Shown here in pieces: positions 54,021-64,000 of a stretch of DNA of 64,000 bases. Numbering within the stretch: position 1 is the first letter of the stretch; each line of letters begins with the position of its first letter. The notes under the pieces are model-generated. The model was not told where the DNA came from and ran no database searches. It saw nothing but the letters and a program-made list of their open reading frames with translations. Origin of the DNA: Phycisphaerae bacterium (GTDB lineage: Bacteria; Planctomycetota; Phycisphaerae; UBA1845). A program made the translations under genes and the position numbers. The DNA is taken from assembly GCA_963666835.2 (NCBI GenBank), contig CAXXGO010000001.1, forward strand, positions 448,001 through 512,000, written 5' to 3'.

Positions 54021-55814
54021 ATGACCAATGCAAACGGCCCAGGCCAAGAACCTAACGCACGCGACCCGGTGTCGGCCAATCCAGCCAGCCCGGCGAACAC
54101 CAGCGATAGTGCGGACCTGCCTGATCTTCTACCCGTCCGCATGCTCAACGAGTACGTCTACTGCCCGCGCTTGTTCTACCTCGAATTCGTGCAAGGGCAG
54201 TGGGCGGACTCCGCCGACACGATCGAAGGCCGCCGGCGTCACAAACGCGTGGACCGCGAAACCGGCGAACTCCCACCGCCCGGTCCGAACCGCGAAGGCG
54301 AGACTCCCACAACGGACGGGGACGGCGATAGCACGCAGCACGCCAGATCCGTCCTGCTATCGTCTTCCGATGCGGGCCTGATCGCGCGAATCGATCTCGT
54401 CGAAGCCGATGGCCCTCGTGCCACTCCCGTTGACTACAAGCGCGGGGCCGTTCCGGATCATCTGCCCGAGCAAGCCTGGGACGCTGATCGGGTCCAGGTC
54501 GCCGCCCAGGCCCTAATTCTCCGTGACAACGGCTACGCCTGTGACGAGGGCGTGCTCTACTACTGTGCGAGTAAGACCCGCGTGGCCGTGCCGATCGACG
54601 AGCAGACCATAGCCTGGACGCGGTCAGCACGTGACGAAGCCCGGGCCGTAGCTACCGGCGGGCAAATCCCGCCTCCCCTTGTCGACAGCCCCAAGTGCCC
54701 CGGCTGCTCGCTTGTTGGCATATGCCTTCCCGATGAAGTCCACGCCCTGGCCGCGTTGGACTCCGGCCGGCAGCCGGGCGAGGTCCGCCGCCTCACCCCC
54801 GCCCGCGACGACCCCACCCCGGTCTACGTTCAGGCGCCCGGGGGTTCTGTGGGCAAGAGTGGCGACCAGCTCTACATCACGGCCAAGGGGCAACCGCGCA
54901 GGACCGTGCGTTTGCTGGACGTCGCCCAGCTCAACCTGTTCGGCAACATCCAGGTGTCGACCCAAGCGATCCGCGAGCTGGCCCAGCGGGGGATTCCCAT
55001 CTGTTACTTCAGCTTCGGCGGCTACTTCCAGGCAATCACTACCGGGCTTACCCACAAGAACGTGGAGCTTCGCATCCGTCAGTTCGAGACCGCCCGCAAC
55101 GAGCACAAGTCTCTGGCTCTGGCGCGGTCGTTCATTCTCGGCAAGATCCGCAATTGCCGTACCATGCTCCGAAGAAACTGCATCAAATCGCCGCGCGATG
55201 CCCTGCGAGACCTTCGGGACCTGCGTAAGCGCGTAGCTACCGCCGGCAGCGCGGCCACGTTGCTCGGCCTGGAGGGTAACGCGGCGCGGATCTACTTCCA
55301 GAACTTCGCGGCGATGCTGAAGACCCCGGCCGACAACATCCCCGGCTTCGACTTCGCCTCGCGCAACCGGCGCCCGCCGCGAGACCCGGTCAACGCGTTA
55401 CTATCGCTGGCGTACAGCATGCTCGCTCGGGAGGTCACGGTCGCGGCACTACGGGTAGGCTTCGATCCGTTCCTGGGTTTCTACCATCGACCGAAGTACG
55501 GGCGTCCTGCCCTGGCGCTCGACTTGACGGAGGAGTTCCGCCCGCTCATTGCGGACAGCGTCGTACTCCAGGTAATCAACACGGGTGAAGTGCAGACCGG
55601 CGACTTCGTGCATCGCGGCCCGGCTTGCAACCTCACGGCCGGTGGACGCAAGAAGTTCATCGACGCCTTCGAGCGTCGGTTGGACAGCCTCGTAACCCAC
55701 CCGTTGTTCGGGTACACGATCAGCTATCGCCGAATCGTCGAGGTCCAGGCCCGGCTGCTGGCGGCGTGCTTGGCGGGCGAGTTCTCAGACTACACCCCCT
55801 TTATGACCCGGTGA
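54021..55814 (+). CDS. cas1: Cas4-Cas1 fusion
   Basis: [33 protein letters not shown] (Cas4); [35 protein letters not shown] (Cas1). Confidence 0.95.
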   Translation: MTNANGPGQEPNARDPVSANPASPANTSDSADLPDLLPVRMLNEYVYCPRLFYLEFVQGQWADSADTIEGRRRHKRVDRETGELPPPGPNREGETPTTDGDGDSTQHARSVLLSSSDAGLIARIDLVEADGPRATPVDYKRGAVPDHLPEQAWDADRVQVAAQALILRDNGYACDEGVLYYCASKTRVAVPIDEQTIAWTRSARDEARAVATGGQIPPPLVDSPKCPGCSLVGICLPDEVHALAALDSGRQPGEVRRLTPARDDPTPVYVQAPGGSVGKSGDQLYITAKGQPRRTVRLLDVAQLNLFGNIQVSTQAIRELAQRGIPICYFSFGGYFQAITTGLTHKNVELRIRQFETARNEHKSLALARSFILGKIRNCRTMLRRNCIKSPRDALRDLRDLRKRVATAGSAATLLGLEGNAARIYFQNFAAMLKTPADNIPGFDFASRNRRPPRDPVNALLSLAYSMLAREVTVAALRVGFDPFLGFYHRPKYGRPALALDLTEEFRPLIADSVVLQVINTGEVQTGDFVHRGPACNLTAGGRKKFIDAFERRLDSLVTHPLFGYTISYRRIVEVQARLLAACLAGEFSDYTPFMTR

Positions 55815-55819
55815 ATCGC

Positions 55820-56113
55820 ATGCGCCACCGATACCTCGTGTGTTATGATGTTGCCAACGCCAAACGGCTGAGGCAGATCCACAAGAAGATGCTGGGGTTC
55901 GGAGACCCGATCCAGTACTCCGTCTTCAAGTGTGATCTATCCGCAGCGGAACACGCCCTGATGCGGGGCACGATTCAGGACGTTATTAACGCTCGGGACG
56001 ACCGTATTATGATCATCCGGATCGGCCCCGTTGACGATTCGTCGAGCAAGGCGGTAGAATTCATGGGTAAGCCGCTGGCCCCGTGGGAGCGGCAGCGAGC
56101 GATCGTGGTGTGA
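55820..56113 (+). CDS. cas2: CRISPR-associated Cas2
   Basis: YLVCYDVANAKRL..IQYSVFKC. Confidence 0.95.
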   Translation: MRHRYLVCYDVANAKRLRQIHKKMLGFGDPIQYSVFKCDLSAAEHALMRGTIQDVINARDDRIMIIRIGPVDDSSSKAVEFMGKPLAPWERQRAIVV

Positions 56114-56347
56114 CCGATGGCACTCGATCCGTTGTTTATGGTCGGCGTTGATAGGTTTCGCCGTTCATGGTATTCGAGCGGGTAGGTGATGCGACAGACC
56201 CCGGACCCGCTCGAATGTGTAAGTTGGTGATTGGCAATATGTTACAACAGCACCCTGGAAACTCGGAGGATCCATACCCTCATTCGGACCAGTCGCTCGA
56301 AAAGTGCCCCGTAAACCGCGGTACCACAACGGCTTGTGGGTGCCGCG
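56114..56347 (+). promoter_or_regulatory. CRISPR leader with 12-bp inverted repeat
   Basis: ATTCGAGCGGGT (56172-56183) and ACCCGCTCGAAT (56205-56216); lies between cas2 and the first repeat. Confidence 0.75.
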
Positions 56348-58183
56348 ATCTCCACGACCCCCAGGTCGTGGCCCCATTGAAGCGCCACGGCCAACTACGG
56401 AACGGGCGCCGCTGACGGATCTCCACGACCCCCAGGTCGTGGCCCCATTGAAGCGTGCCTTCGGATTGCCCTGCTAGCGCTCAGTGCGTTATCTCCACGA
56501 CCCCCAGGTCGTGGCCCCATTGAAGCGATTTCTCCGCCAGCTTCCAGCCACCACACTGCGGATCTCCACGACCCCCAGGTCGTGGCCCCATTGAAGCCAG
56601 CGAGGGGCTGAGTTTCACGGAGTGGTCGGGTACGATCTCCACGACCCCCAGGTCGTGGCCCCATTGAAGCGCCTACCACGCCCGTCAATGACCTCCCCCC
56701 GCCAGATCTCCACGACCCCCAGGTCGTGGCCCCATTGAAGCAGCTCACATGCCCGACCGTCGTCCGGCCCGGCGAGCTATCTCCACGACCCCCAGGTCGT
56801 GGCCCCATTGAAGCTCAGCAGCCGCCCGAACCATCGCCCGGGCCCTGGATCTCCACGACCCCCAGGTCGTGGCCCCATTGAAGCACGACATCGTCAGCCC
56901 GATAGAGCTGAGCAAAGGGATCTCCACGACCCCCAGGTCGTGGCCCCATTGAAGCAGCACGAGCGATAGCGACGGCGCGGGGATCGCCCGTATCTCCACG
57001 ACCCCCAGGTCGTGGCCCCATTGAAGCATGCTGGCTGTGGTACACGTACAGGGGAGATACGCGGATCTCCACGACCCCCAGGTCGTGGCCCCATTGAAGC
57101 CTGGGTGTCCAAGTCATGAGCGCCGGAGACTCGGCCATCTCCACGACCCCCAGGTCGTGGCCCCATTGAAGCTACGCTCGATGGAAAGCGGACTCCGACA
57201 TGTACAGATCTCCACGACCCCCAGGTCGTGGCCCCATTGAAGCCACGAAGGGAAGGCGAGAGAATTATGATCGGTAACGAATCTCCACGACCCCCAGGTC
57301 GTGGCCCCATTGAAGCCCGACACCCTAAGCATAACACGTGACACAGCCCTGTATCTCCACGACCCCCAGGTCGTGGCCCCATTGAAGCGCTATGCCGTTG
57401 CGATGTCCCTCGACCCACTCGGCATCTCCACGACCCCCAGGTCGTGGCCCCATTGAAGCCGATACCCGGCGGGACATCGAAAAGCGTGAAGGGCGATCTC
57501 CACGACCCCCAGGTCGTGGCCCCATTGAAGCACGGTCTACGGCACAACGGTAGACGAGTTGCGGGCGATCTCCACGACCCCCAGGTCGTGGCCCCATTGA
57601 AGCTGGTCACCAGATGAGCATTGGCATCGGTGTGCAAAGATCTCCACGACCCCCAGGTCGTGGCCCCATTGAAGCCGAGCTGTGCCGAGAGCTGGCCAAT
57701 ACGCCGAGCAACATCTCCACGACCCCCAGGTCGTGGCCCCATTGAAGCACATATCCCCTGTAGATTCGTTTCGTTCGCCCCGGCTCATCTCCACGACCCC
57801 CAGGTCGTGGCCCCATTGAAGCATTCGCACGAACATCTTATTCAGCAATACGCGCGCCATCTCCACGACCCCCAGGTCGTGGCCCCATTGAAGCTACTCT
57901 CTATCCGGTTTCAAAGCCATTCCTATTCACATCTCCACGACCCCCAGGTCGTGGCCCCATTGAAGCGTGCAACAAGTGGCGACTTAGTGACGACCAGATC
58001 GCATCTCCACGACCCCCAGGTCGTGGCCCCATTGAAGCACAGAGTCGCGTCATGTGTTATGCTTGTGGTGTCGGCATCTCCACGACCCCCAGGTCGTGGC
58101 CCCATTGAAGCGTGGGCGAGTTGTATCGGTGCGTAATCGATAATGCTATCTCCACGACCCCCAGGTCGTGGCCTCATTGGATT
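56348..58183 (+). CRISPR. CRISPR array: 26 repeats (ATCTCCACGACCCCCAGGTCGTGGCCCCATTGAAGC, 36 nt), 25 spacers of 34-38 nt
   Basis: 25 identical repeats plus a degenerate last repeat at 58148; internal hairpin CCACGACC/GGTCGTGG. Confidence 0.99.
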
Positions 58184-58664
58184 CTCGGGTTCGGTCCACG
58201 GCCACATCCTCGGGCTCCAGGCGGACCGCTGCACGTGCCCTGCCGGCCCATTGCGGCCTTTGAGAGCGTCGATGGTCCTCCGGGCCGAGATAGTCGCAGG
58301 ACGGGCGTCCTGACGCGTCTGAGGCGGGACAGAAGACAGAGTGTGGGGTCGAATAAAGGGCGGCAGACTACGGCGAGCAGACTCCGCCACCAGAGGGCCG
58401 AGCTTGCCGTGCGACTTCCACAAGCGGCCGCACGATCCGCCCGACGGCGAGGTTGGCGAACATATACGCTGCCCAATCGTGGCCGTGTCGTTTTCGGGGC
58501 GGGGTGGTTGCGAGAGTGTCGGAACAGGCGAAGCTCCTGGCGCCTAACGGCGCCCGTTCCGATCGGCCACCCCGACGCGCCGAGGATGGCCGGCGGAAAC
58601 CCCGGTCTCCCAGAGTTCCCGGCGCCCATGACATTGCCCGGTCGGACAGCGCCCTTCCCAGACT

Positions 58665-61600
58665 CTACGGGCAGTCCGCTGGGTCGGGAAACGGATACTC
58701 TCCGCCCTTGAAGGCGTCCACGCAACGCTGAACGTCGGTCATGTTCACGATTGCGTTCGGCACTTCAGGTTCGAGGTCCAGCCAAGTCACCGGTGGAGCA
58801 CCCGGAGCTGATGAGAACCCCTGAAGCATCGCCATGATGTCGCCCATATTGCCCACGCCGTTTGGTCCAGTCCACGCGCCCTCGACGAAGTCGCCGACAA
58901 CATCGCACCAGTACTTCGGGAATGGGTGCTCGATCGTGTGAAGCTCCAGGGCATCCGTACACGTCTCATGCGGGAAGCCGTCATCCACGGCACCGCGGAT
59001 TTCGTAGGTAGCAACCGGAACGATCTCGCAGTCCCCAACGTTGACCAGAACATCCGGCCACTCACGGAAGGTCGGGCTGGCCACGACTCGAGATATGAAC
59101 GTGTCGGTGGCCAGCTCTTCTGGATCACCGACCCAGCCTATGATCCCTGTTACACCGGGACCGCTGGTCATCTCCACTTGGTAGGCCGCCCGGAGGTCCA
59201 GAGTGTTCGGCCGAAACGAGATATACCGGTTCTTTCGGGCGTTCAACGGTGAGTCGGCTTCATCCGGCGCCTCGAGTTCGCACTCGTCGGGCACATCGTT
59301 CCCGTTCCAGTCCTGGCTTGTACCGTCGTCAATATCACACACGTCACCGACGTCGTTCGGCTGGCAGTCGAGCTGGCCGGGATTGTACAGGTGGCAGTTA
59401 TCGTCCGGATCACACGCATTATCAATATCCGGATCGGTAGCGTTCATGCCTTCGTCGTCACAATCCGGCGTGCCGCCGTTGGGGCAGTCGATTCCGTTGC
59501 CGGCATCCTGCCCCCAACCGTCGCCGTCAACGTCGGTACACGGATCGCAGGCATCGATTAATTCATCACTGTCCGTGTCTAACTCGCATTCATCCGGGGT
59601 GCCGTTGGTATCGCAATCCTGGCTGGCGCCCATGGCAATGTCGCATTCGTCGGGGATCAGATTGTCGTTGCAGTCGGCACTCGTTCCGCCGCCAATATCG
59701 CAGGAATCCTCGACAGCGTTTGCATTACAGTCTGCGACCAGCTGATGCGTGCATGTTCCGTCGGGGTTGCACGCCTCTGTCCCAGTGCACGGGTCAATAT
59801 CATCGCAATCGATGTCGTCCAGACAGTCAACGCACTGATCATCCGATTCACGGCACATCTGCTCGGGAAGGCACGGAGCAACATCTGCCACGCAAACACC
59901 AGCGGTGCATCTTTCAACACCGGTGCAGAACAGGCCGTCCTGGCACTCATCATCGATATCGCAGGAGTTGACGTACTCGTAGGCCCCCATATCAACGATC
60001 GGTGGTGTGCCGTTGCCGGTATCCGCAGTGATAGGATCGTCAATGAAACGAGGGCTCCCATCCAGGTCGAATGGAATCGGTTCGTCCGTATCACCGTCGT
60101 CGTCGAGATCGAGCGTATCGGTAGGCACAGCGGTGTTGTCGGCTGCGTCGATGCACGGGGAGCCGGACTGGACATGGTAGTCGGAGCTGCCCGCGAAGGA
60201 CGGATTCGCGTCGATGTTGCCGGCATTCCAATCCAATGTGCAGGTTGAACGCACTTCTGCTGCCGCCTGCCCATCTTGTACGTCACTATAACTCACAGTC
60301 AGCGTATTTGCCTGACCTAAGAGCCCTTTCATGGATATCTGGTCACCAAGTCCGGCGCTATTGCCCCAAACAACACAGTTCCTGACCTTCGGGTGGCCGC
60401 CCCACGAATAGATGCCACCCCCGCCATCCGAACCACTCCCTGCAACGGTGTTTCCGGCGATGGTGCAGTTGACGATTGTCGCGTTATCCATCGCGTATGT
60501 CCTGATGCCACCGCCACCGCCGTTGGTACCCACGCCGGTAACATTGTTGCCCGTGATCTCGCAGTTTACCAGCGTTACTATTCCATCATACGGACTTTGG
60601 TTGTACATTAGCACGCCACCGCCCCATTCGCTCGCGGTATTCCCGGAAATACGGCAATTCAGGACGACCGCTTCTCTTACTTGGTCAATACTCATGCCAC
60701 CGCCCGACATGGAAGCACTGTTGCCGGTGATAATGCAATCTGTAACGGCGTGATGTCCGTACAGCAACCGGATTCCGCCAGCAAACCGTGCCGTATTCCC
60801 AGTAATCGTAGAATCGGTGACGGTCAGATCGCTCCAGTGACTGTAGATTCCACCACCATTCCACGCGGCCCCATTTCCGCTAATAGTACAGCCGACGATT
60901 GTTGGCAGCGTGCCTGCGTTACGACAATGAACTCCACCACCAAAGTCGCCCTGGCAACGGCTAACCACACACCTATCGATGGTCGGGCTACTGCCGTTGC
61001 GGCAATATATGCCGCCACCGCCGGGGTCCGACACGCCCGTATCCGGGGCGTACCCGTTCTCGATGGTGATCCCGGCGAGCACCGAGTCCGCCCCCTCGCC
61101 CGAGTGGAAGTCGAAGCCCCTGTGCCTGCTCGACGAGCTGCCCTGGCAGTCTATTACCGTCGCGGCGACCACTATCGGATCGCTCGGGTCGGTGCTGCGG
61201 ACGGTGATTGCCTTCCCGCCGAAGTCTAGGTCGCGGTTGCCGTCTCCAGTATACGTGCCTTCGCACAGGACCACCTCGTCACCATGTGACGCGGCATCGA
61301 TCCCGCCCTGGATGGTGAGGTAGTCTCCGTTCCCATCCCAGCAGACCGTGACCAAAGCGCCACCCCCGGGAACGACTTCAACGATGCCCTGGTGGGGAAC
61401 GCCCCAGCCGTCGTTCGGCACGTCGTTCCACCCGTTATGATCCCATTCCGCGTAGTTTTCCGTTCCACCGCCACTCGGCTCACCGGGCAACCAATCTGTG
61501 TACGTTACCGATTCGCCACTTATCCAAACCCAGTTGCCCTCGTGGCCTGCATCCGTAAACCCGATCCACCTGTGTGCTGCAGAACCGAGTTCGGTGGTAT

Positions 61601-61811
61601 AAAGCCAGTCGTCCTCTGCGGCGTCGTTGATTGTGACCAAGTGGCCGCCGAGGCTTACCGCTTCCGCCTCTGCAGCGGTCCACGTGGACGCCTCCAGCAA
61701 GTAGTAGTCGTGCCCGTTTGCCGGGTTGGTGATCGGCCCCAAGATCGGCACCGCCGAGGCCAGGTTGCTTGCCAAGACAAACGAGACGATCGCTGTGCAG
61801 GAAGTGCGCAT
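58665..61811 (-). CDS. Secreted protein: C-type lectin, right-handed beta-helix, Cys-rich repeats, dockerin-like tail
   Basis: Signal peptide; GGHLVTIND..WIGFTD..GEPS..WND; GGGIY/CTISGN repeats; VDMGAYE; KYWCDVVG..NMTDVQ. Confidence 0.9.
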   Translation of the reverse strand: MRTSCTAIVSFVLASNLASAVPILGPITNPANGHDYYLLEASTWTAAEAEAVSLGGHLVTINDAAEDDWLYTTELGSAAHRWIGFTDAGHEGNWVWISGESVTYTDWLPGEPSGGGTENYAEWDHNGWNDVPNDGWGVPHQGIVEVVPGGGALVTVCWDGNGDYLTIQGGIDAASHGDEVVLCEGTYTGDGNRDLDFGGKAITVRSTDPSDPIVVAATVIDCQGSSSSRHRGFDFHSGEGADSVLAGITIENGYAPDTGVSDPGGGGIYCRNGSSPTIDRCVVSRCQGDFGGGVHCRNAGTLPTIVGCTISGNGAAWNGGGIYSHWSDLTVTDSTITGNTARFAGGIRLLYGHHAVTDCIITGNSASMSGGGMSIDQVREAVVLNCRISGNTASEWGGGVLMYNQSPYDGIVTLVNCEITGNNVTGVGTNGGGGGIRTYAMDNATIVNCTIAGNTVAGSGSDGGGGIYSWGGHPKVRNCVVWGNSAGLGDQISMKGLLGQANTLTVSYSDVQDGQAAAEVRSTCTLDWNAGNIDANPSFAGSSDYHVQSGSPCIDAADNTAVPTDTLDLDDDGDTDEPIPFDLDGSPRFIDDPITADTGNGTPPIVDMGAYEYVNSCDIDDECQDGLFCTGVERCTAGVCVADVAPCLPEQMCRESDDQCVDCLDDIDCDDIDPCTGTEACNPDGTCTHQLVADCNANAVEDSCDIGGGTSADCNDNLIPDECDIAMGASQDCDTNGTPDECELDTDSDELIDACDPCTDVDGDGWGQDAGNGIDCPNGGTPDCDDEGMNATDPDIDNACDPDDNCHLYNPGQLDCQPNDVGDVCDIDDGTSQDWNGNDVPDECELEAPDEADSPLNARKNRYISFRPNTLDLRAAYQVEMTSGPGVTGIIGWVGDPEELATDTFISRVVASPTFREWPDVLVNVGDCEIVPVATYEIRGAVDDGFPHETCTDALELHTIEHPFPKYWCDVVGDFVEGAWTGPNGVGNMGDIMAMLQGFSSAPGAPPVTWLDLEPEVPNAIVNMTDVQRCVDAFKGGEYPFPDPADCP

Positions 61812-62647
61812 TGCTTTTTCTCCCAAAATCGCGCCACGACCGCACGAAGCTAACTGTTGCCCTCGTGGACGGGGCGGCAACGGGTTCCTTATCGTCAAGA
61901 TCGGTCGATCGCGGCCAAGTGGACCCTAACGTTGCATAATTCGAGTCGATTCGTCTGGTTCGGAGCCTTGAAAACCGGTGTTTCCGCAATCCGATCGCCC
62001 GGCCAGCCAACTTCACGCAAGGCGAGGTTTGCCAACACCAGCTGGCGGTCAGCAAACGAATGCGATTCGCCGGGAGATTCTGCCATTCTAACGAATCGAA
62101 GCCTCAGGTTTATGCAACGTTAGGGTGGATTGTCTCACGGCTGTCCGTGGTCTCTCGGGTAAGCTCCGATCGAGGATGCCATACGCACGCCAGAGAGACA
62201 TATGGCGGTTTCGGGGGCATGGATGACCCACCGGGCCGAGATCGTCGCAGGACGGGCGTTCTGGGGCGCCTGCAGCAGGGCAGGAGGCGAGATCTCGCCA
62301 GGTCGGCGATAGGCGGATGAACAAGGCGAACCGCTCGTGGCCGCGCGTTTGTGGAGGTTGTTCATCGCGATCACGAAGAGCGAGGAGGCCTCGTGGGGCC
62401 GAACAACGGGTGTCGGAGTGCGGCAGCGGCGCTCCCCCATTGTCTGTTGCCTGTTCCGCTGCGTCTCGGGGCGCTCGTTCCGTCCGCGCATCGGCGCGGT
62501 TGGTCGGCGGGACGCGATGCTCGGCCCGTCTCTCCTTCCGGTGTACGGGTTGCTCGACAGGCAACGGCACTTTACCCTGTGAACGGCCATAGAATCAACT
62601 AATCTGGTCCAAGCGTCGGAGTTCTGGTCTCTTGGAGGAGAACGAAA

Positions 62648-64000
62648 ATGTCGCGTCCTGGCACATCCGGATTGATGATCTCGCTGGCTATCCTGTCTTC
62701 GGTAAGCGCCCAGACTGTGGTCCATGTTGACATTGATGCTCCACCTGGCGGAGGTGGGACGTCCTGGACGACGGCCTACGACTCACTGTCCGCAGCTCTG
62801 GCGGCCGCACAACCGGGCGATCAGATCTGGGTGGCGGCCGGACGGTATGTGGGCAACTTCACGCTTGCGCGTGGCGTGCAGCTCTACGGCGGCTTCGCAG
62901 GCACGGAGACTGAGCTCGATCAGCGCGACTGGACGATCAACAAGACGATCCTAGATGGCGACCAAAACGGCAGCGTGGTCACATCGCCAACCAGAGCAAC
63001 CGAGACAACTCGAATAGACGGCTTCACGATTACGGGAGGTAATGCCTACCACGGCGGCGGGCTGCACCTTGGGAGTTCCTCGCCGACTATCGCGAACAAC
63101 ACGATCACGGGAAACAGGGCATCCTACTCTGGCGGTGGGGTCTATTTGTCGTACTCCGATGCGACGATTGCGAACAACACGATCACGGGCAACACGGCTA
63201 GTAAGTACGGTGGTGGGCTGTATCTGTCGTATTCGGATGCGACGATTGCGAACAACACGATCACGGGCAACACGGCTAGCAACTACGGTGGTGGGCTGTA
63301 TCTGTCGTATTCCGATGCGACGATTGCGAACGACACGATCACGAGCAACAGCGCCTACAGCGGCGGCGGGCTGTACGTCGAGGATTCCTCCCCGATGATC
63401 GCAAACACGATCATCGCGTTCAACTCGTCCGGGATGCACCTGGAGGACGACGAAAGCGCGCCGACCCATCGGTATAACTGCGTCTACGGCAACACCGAGT
63501 ACGACTACGATGGCCTCTCGGACCCCACCGGGACCGACGGCAACATCTCCCAAGATCCGTTGCTTGCCGATGCCCAGTATGGCAACGTACACATCCAGCC
63601 GGATTCGCCTTGTGTCGATGTCGGAAGCAACTCGGGTGCTTATGGTGAATCCGATCTGGACGGAGAGCCCCGCATCCATCCGGTGGACGGAATCGTGGAC
63701 ATCGGAGCCGACGAGTCGGATGGTACGGTGTGGCCACCGGGTCCGTACGCCGTTGTACGAGTGAGCCCGCTGGGGGACGATTTCAACGACGGCTTGTCCT
63801 GGGCCCAGGCCAAATGCACGGTCCAGGCGGGAGTCGACGCGGCATCGGTGCTGGGTGGCGAGGTGTGGGTGCAGTCTGGCTCTTACGAGGAGAACATTAC
63901 CCTACGCCCCTATGCCTATCTCTATGGAGGATTCGCTGGCGACGAAGAGGTTCGGGACGATCGGAACTGGGTCAACAATGTTACGGTTCTCGACGGCCGG
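62648..64000 (+). CDS. Secreted right-handed beta-helix (pectin-lyase-like) protein, partial
   Basis: GGAGGAG RBS; MSRPGTSG..VHVD..SWTTAY..IWVAAGRY..LYGGFAG; 72-nt tandem repeats at about 63130-63350; runs off the window end. Confidence 0.85.
   Translation, partial: MSRPGTSGLMISLAILSSVSAQTVVHVDIDAPPGGGGTSWTTAYDSLSAALAAAQPGDQIWVAAGRYVGNFTLARGVQLYGGFAGTETELDQRDWTINKTILDGDQNGSVVTSPTRATETTRIDGFTITGGNAYHGGGLHLGSSSPTIANNTITGNRASYSGGGVYLSYSDATIANNTITGNTASKYGGGLYLSYSDATIANNTITGNTASNYGGGLYLSYSDATIANDTITSNSAYSGGGLYVEDSSPMIANTIIAFNSSGMHLEDDESAPTHRYNCVYGNTEYDYDGLSDPTGTDGNISQDPLLADAQYGNVHIQPDSPCVDVGSNSGAYGESDLDGEPRIHPVDGIVDIGADESDGTVWPPGPYAVVRVSPLGDDFNDGLSWAQAKCTVQAGVDAASVLGGEVWVQSGSYEENITLRPYAYLYGGFAGDEEVRDDRNWVNNVTVLDGR

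Noticed and set aside
57196..57207. 12-nt match of spacer 12 to about 7694-7705
   Set aside because: Too short; expected by chance.
56395..58136. ORFs across the CRISPR array
   Set aside because: Translations of the repeats (MGPRPGGRGD, LQWGHDLGVVE), not genes.
63080..63360. AAC-rich tandem repeats as a possible DGR template repeat
   Set aside because: They are in-frame 72-nt beta-helix coding repeats (IANNTITGN) with no similarity to the VRs.

Overview
GC-rich bacterial DNA, probably Planctomycetota/Phycisphaerae (inferred from DUF1580-like, IPTL-CTERM-like and DCNxNG Cys-rich proteins). Four blocks. (1) 1-23.6 kb, minus strand: a co-oriented cluster of five transmembrane Ser/Thr kinases and one non-kinase protein, each with an FGE-sulfatase (CLec-fold) domain. 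The five visible 72-nt variable regions differ almost only at codon positions 1-2 of NNC codons, the signature of diversity-generating retroelement (DGR) adenine mutagenesis. Four are followed by tandem hairpins (GGA loop, then GAA/GAT) and two by truncated avd genes. The targets are interleaved with SPFH, FHA, CsgG-like, lipoprotein and HTH genes. No reverse transcriptase or template repeat was found in the window. (2) 25.4-34.7 kb: a satellite-like integrated element (tyrosine integrase, HTHs, primase-DUF3987) next to a tmRNA/tRNA 3'-end fragment. (3) 35-46.5 kb and 58.6-64 kb: large secreted proteins, including a second family of probable DGR targets and an Avd fused to a surface-protein tail. 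(4) 46.9-58.2 kb: a complete type I-G (I-U) CRISPR-Cas locus with 26 repeats and 25 spacers. All domain calls are by motif recognition; no database searches were run.
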